Of a stretch of DNA of 64,000 bases, positions 60,901-64,000 are shown one piece after another. The position numbers were made by a program, and so were the translations under genes. Where the stretch lies: the NCBI RefSeq assembly GCF_964355755.1, contig NC_092674.1, positions 29,202,001 through 29,266,000 of the forward strand. Direction: 5' to 3'. Positions within the stretch are counted from its first letter, which is position 1. Each line of letters begins with the position of its first letter. The DNA comes from Antedon mediterranea. Taxonomy: Eukaryota; Animalia; Echinodermata. A model generated the notes under the pieces. The model was given only the letters and a program-made list of their open reading frames with translations. It did no database searches and was not told where the DNA came from.

Positions 60901-63900
60901 TATGTTAAGAAAATACTTCAATCATTACAAATTTCTTTGAGTTCTGTGAAAATGTGTCCTATTCCAGTAAAAAAAAACTTTTTTTATTTCGCAGAATAAC
61001 AATTTAAGCGCTGAGACTGAACGATATCGAAATCAAGTAAAAAGTTTGGAAGACGAGCGGAATAGTCTTCAAGCAAAATTGTTGGAACTTACAGAACAAG
61101 TTGATAAGCAAAAGGTAGTAACAGTATATACAAGTGCACACCAAAATACATGGTCCCTTTCCATGGTGAATCACTGTTTGTGTGATAACATTTGAGTTCA
61201 GACTCTAGTTTATTATATAACTTCTTTGGTAAAGCTAAATTCCATCTTCTTCTCTACAGGATGCTCTTTATCGAGCTGAAGAGGAGATTTCTTCTGGCAG
61301 AGAACAGAACAACAGATTGTGGACAATGGAAGAAGAGAATAACAAACGATGTGAAGACATCCAGGCACAGCTGGAGAATAAACTGATAGAGATTGCTGAC
61401 TTGCATCGAAATATTGAAAGTATAAGGGAGGAGTCTAAGAAAGATCTAATGGAAAAGGTTTGTATAGAGTATACAATAAATAGAATATGGCATTGCAGGT
61501 TGGTGGTTAACATACTTGCTTAGAATCCTGTGTTCAAATCCTGTCACAATACCAAAATTGTCCTCATGGCCAAAAATAGGACCACTACTGAAGCCTGACA
61601 CAAGAGTAGTATATAAAACTTTTTTGTTTATTTAATGCATGCATGTCAAAATTATAAGTATTTTTATATGATAGTATTTTTTTTTATAATTCTTTTTCAA
61701 GCTCTCTGTAATTTTGATTTTGTGCATTATAGGTGAATTCTTTAGAGAAAGATTTACAGCAGTCAGCACAAGACCAAGCCAGCGACTTAATTACAAAATA
61801 CCAAGATTTATTGCAGATGTACCAGAGACAAACCGAGGAAAAAGAGCAACAGAAGACTACCTTGGATAACCTTCTAGAGCATAGAACTCGGACAGAGGCA
61901 GGCTTAGCTGAGGCTCAAACAGAACTTACAAAATGCAACGTGGAAAGTGAACAGTTTAGACGCAATCTTGAAGAAAAAGAACAAGACTTTGAGATCTTGA
62001 AACAAGAGCGTGATCATTACTTTAATCTCTTGAAAGAAAGGAATGAAGAAGTGAGCAAGTTAAAAACACTAAATGATCAAATGAACATCCAGATGAAGGA
62101 AGGAGAGAAGCACTTTGAAGATTTTCGAAAACAGAATGAAAACTTGTCACAGTGGGTAGAGATGAACAGTAAAAAAACAAATGATGTACAGGAAGAGAAG
62201 GAACAACTCATAAAGTTGTTAGAGGAAAAGAATTTTAGTAATCAGGAGTTAAAAAGGACAAATGAAGATTTTAGAAAAAGGTTGAAAGCAAGTGATAAAA
62301 AACTGGGTTTGCTTAACAATGAGAATGAAGATTTGAAATTGACATTAGAAGAGAAAAATAAAGAAAATGATGATGCACTAAAAGAGAAGGAAAAAATGTT
62401 TATTGAGTTAAAAGAATCCAGATATGAGGTAATAACATTTACTAAATTGGAAATACTATTTGTGTATTTCCTCCCTGTGTGCTCACATTATGTGCACCAT
62501 ATGCTTTGTTCACTTCCATATGTTTTGAAAAATGCTTAAAGTACCTGTCACACCATACAGCCTAGACTTGCGGCAATGCCCAAGTCTGTAGTTATTGTCT
62601 TTTTCATGTTAGTCCACCTGTCGGCTTTTTAATTTTTGTCCAAACAAGCTCAATGTATGAGCTTCATATCAGTATCAGTTCATGTATGAAACGCCATATG
62701 TGCCAAATTTTTTATCTTTTTACTAATATTGAGTCAAAACTTTGTCTATAACCTAGACTACATACAGCATAATATTGAATCAGTAAAATAGTGAATATTT
62801 ATCATCCAATCAGGTTGCTTCTTTGACCGAGGAAACTGATAGACAGAAGTCAGAAATTAAAGTTATAAGTAAAAGAATCAACGAAGACAAGCAGAGGTAC
62901 AGAGCTAAGATTGTTGCTTTAGATAATGAGCTCAATGCTGTTCATAGCGCCCTCACAGCAAGCAAGTCCGCAGATGCAAAAGGCAAGTGCGTTTTCTTAT
63001 TGACACTGATTGTTAAAAGCAGTCTTGTAATCTATCTTTGTAAACTCCATTCTTCTATTCTCTTTTATACAGCAATGCAAATGGCTGAAAACATGCACCA
63101 GGATATGACATCAAAAAGGTCCCAGATCGACTCTCTGATAAGCAAGGTTCATTGGCTAGAGGAAAGTCTAGAGGCAGCACGCAATGTAAACTTTTATAAA
63201 TTGAAACACTCAAAAACTTAATTGTTCTCACAAATTCCTTTGAATTTTCTAAATTTTATTTTAAACTTTCTAGAAAAACCAGTATTTAGGCTGACTTCAA
63301 AGTTGACACATACTATTCTACTATTATTATTATTGTAAACTTGTTTTTAAATATCATTGATTTCAGGATAACAAAACGACAGAAGCAACCAAGGACAAGT
63401 ATCATTTACGATGTTCTAGGCTTGCTGAGGAGCTGGAGAAACTTGGCCTTGAGTTAGAAGAAGTAAGGCACCAACACAGCAAGCAGACAGCGTACGTCAC
63501 AAAACTAGAAATAGCCTTAGACAAGGTACTTTTACTTATTTTCACCTCTTGCTTTCAAAGTAATTTGGCTTTTACAGAGCAGCTTTCTTCTATCTAGCAT
63601 CTTCCTGGAAAGTTGTTTCATAACAAATTAATGGTAGATCTGTGAATTTCTTTAGGCCGCTTCACTGCATGCTGACGTGAAAACAGCAGCAGAAAACCAA
63701 GAACAAGAGATGACAAGAACCAAACTGAGATATAGCCTGGAAATAAAAGTATGTTTACTTTCCTAATTAGCTTTCCTTGGGAAGTATTTTCATGAATTAG
63801 ACACTTATTTCCAACCATGTTTTCATTGGCTCCTCATTACTAACTTACATTTGGATTATTATTGTGTTTCTAGGAGTTGCAACAAGCCTTAGAAGCCGTT

Positions 63901-64000
63901 ACAAAAACAAATAAATCTCTAAGCCAATCTTCTAAGAGAGATCCAGTAAAGGAATCTAGGACTAAAACATCAAGACCAACATCGGCCAGAATGGAAGAAT
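57953..64000 (+). CDS. CCDC158: Coiled-coil domain-containing protein 158-like, 3' part beyond the window
   Basis: At least 17 exons, including 57953-58249, 58448-58524, 58892-59122, 59385-59451, 59695-59804, 60154-60467, 61733-62428, 62814-62982 and 63073-63185. EQQKSNFRQAIEDLQTKL and AMQMAENMHQDMTSKRSQIDSLISKVHWLEE resemble remembered CCDC158 segments (EKQKFYLRQSVIDLQTKL; MQKQITAKRGQIDALQSKIQFLEE). Confidence 0.75.

Overview
AT-rich, intron-rich eukaryotic DNA from a gene-dense region of a marine invertebrate, plausibly a deuterostome or echinoderm (inference from protein similarity and DeuSINE-like repeats). Left to right: the 5' half of an SLC6 Na+/Cl- transporter (-); a CNBD2-like cyclic-nucleotide-binding protein (+); a tandem cluster of small secreted LamG/pentraxin-fold proteins (two intact genes, one copy with a TGA at a conserved Cys, one decayed fragment); NAXE (-); an uncharacterised Ser/Arg-rich gene (+); a ~36-exon PCM1 (-); TRAPPC2/sedlin (+); a speriolin-C-domain gene (+); TIMM8 (-); and a CCDC158-like coiled-coil gene (+) running off the right edge. 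Eight genes form four head-to-head pairs. Introns and intergenic DNA carry about 20 copies of one Harbinger-type MITE plus other TIR elements, a Helentron-type element, tRNA-derived SINEs, LINE 3' ends and minisatellites. The most notable signals are a fully traceable duplication junction behind the LamG cluster, the Cys-to-TGA copy, an NF-kB-site minisatellite, a candidate cassette exon and missing LIR motif in PCM1, and dual-targeting starts in NAXE. All calls were made by reading and from remembered family motifs; no database search was run, and exon boundaries were read by eye.
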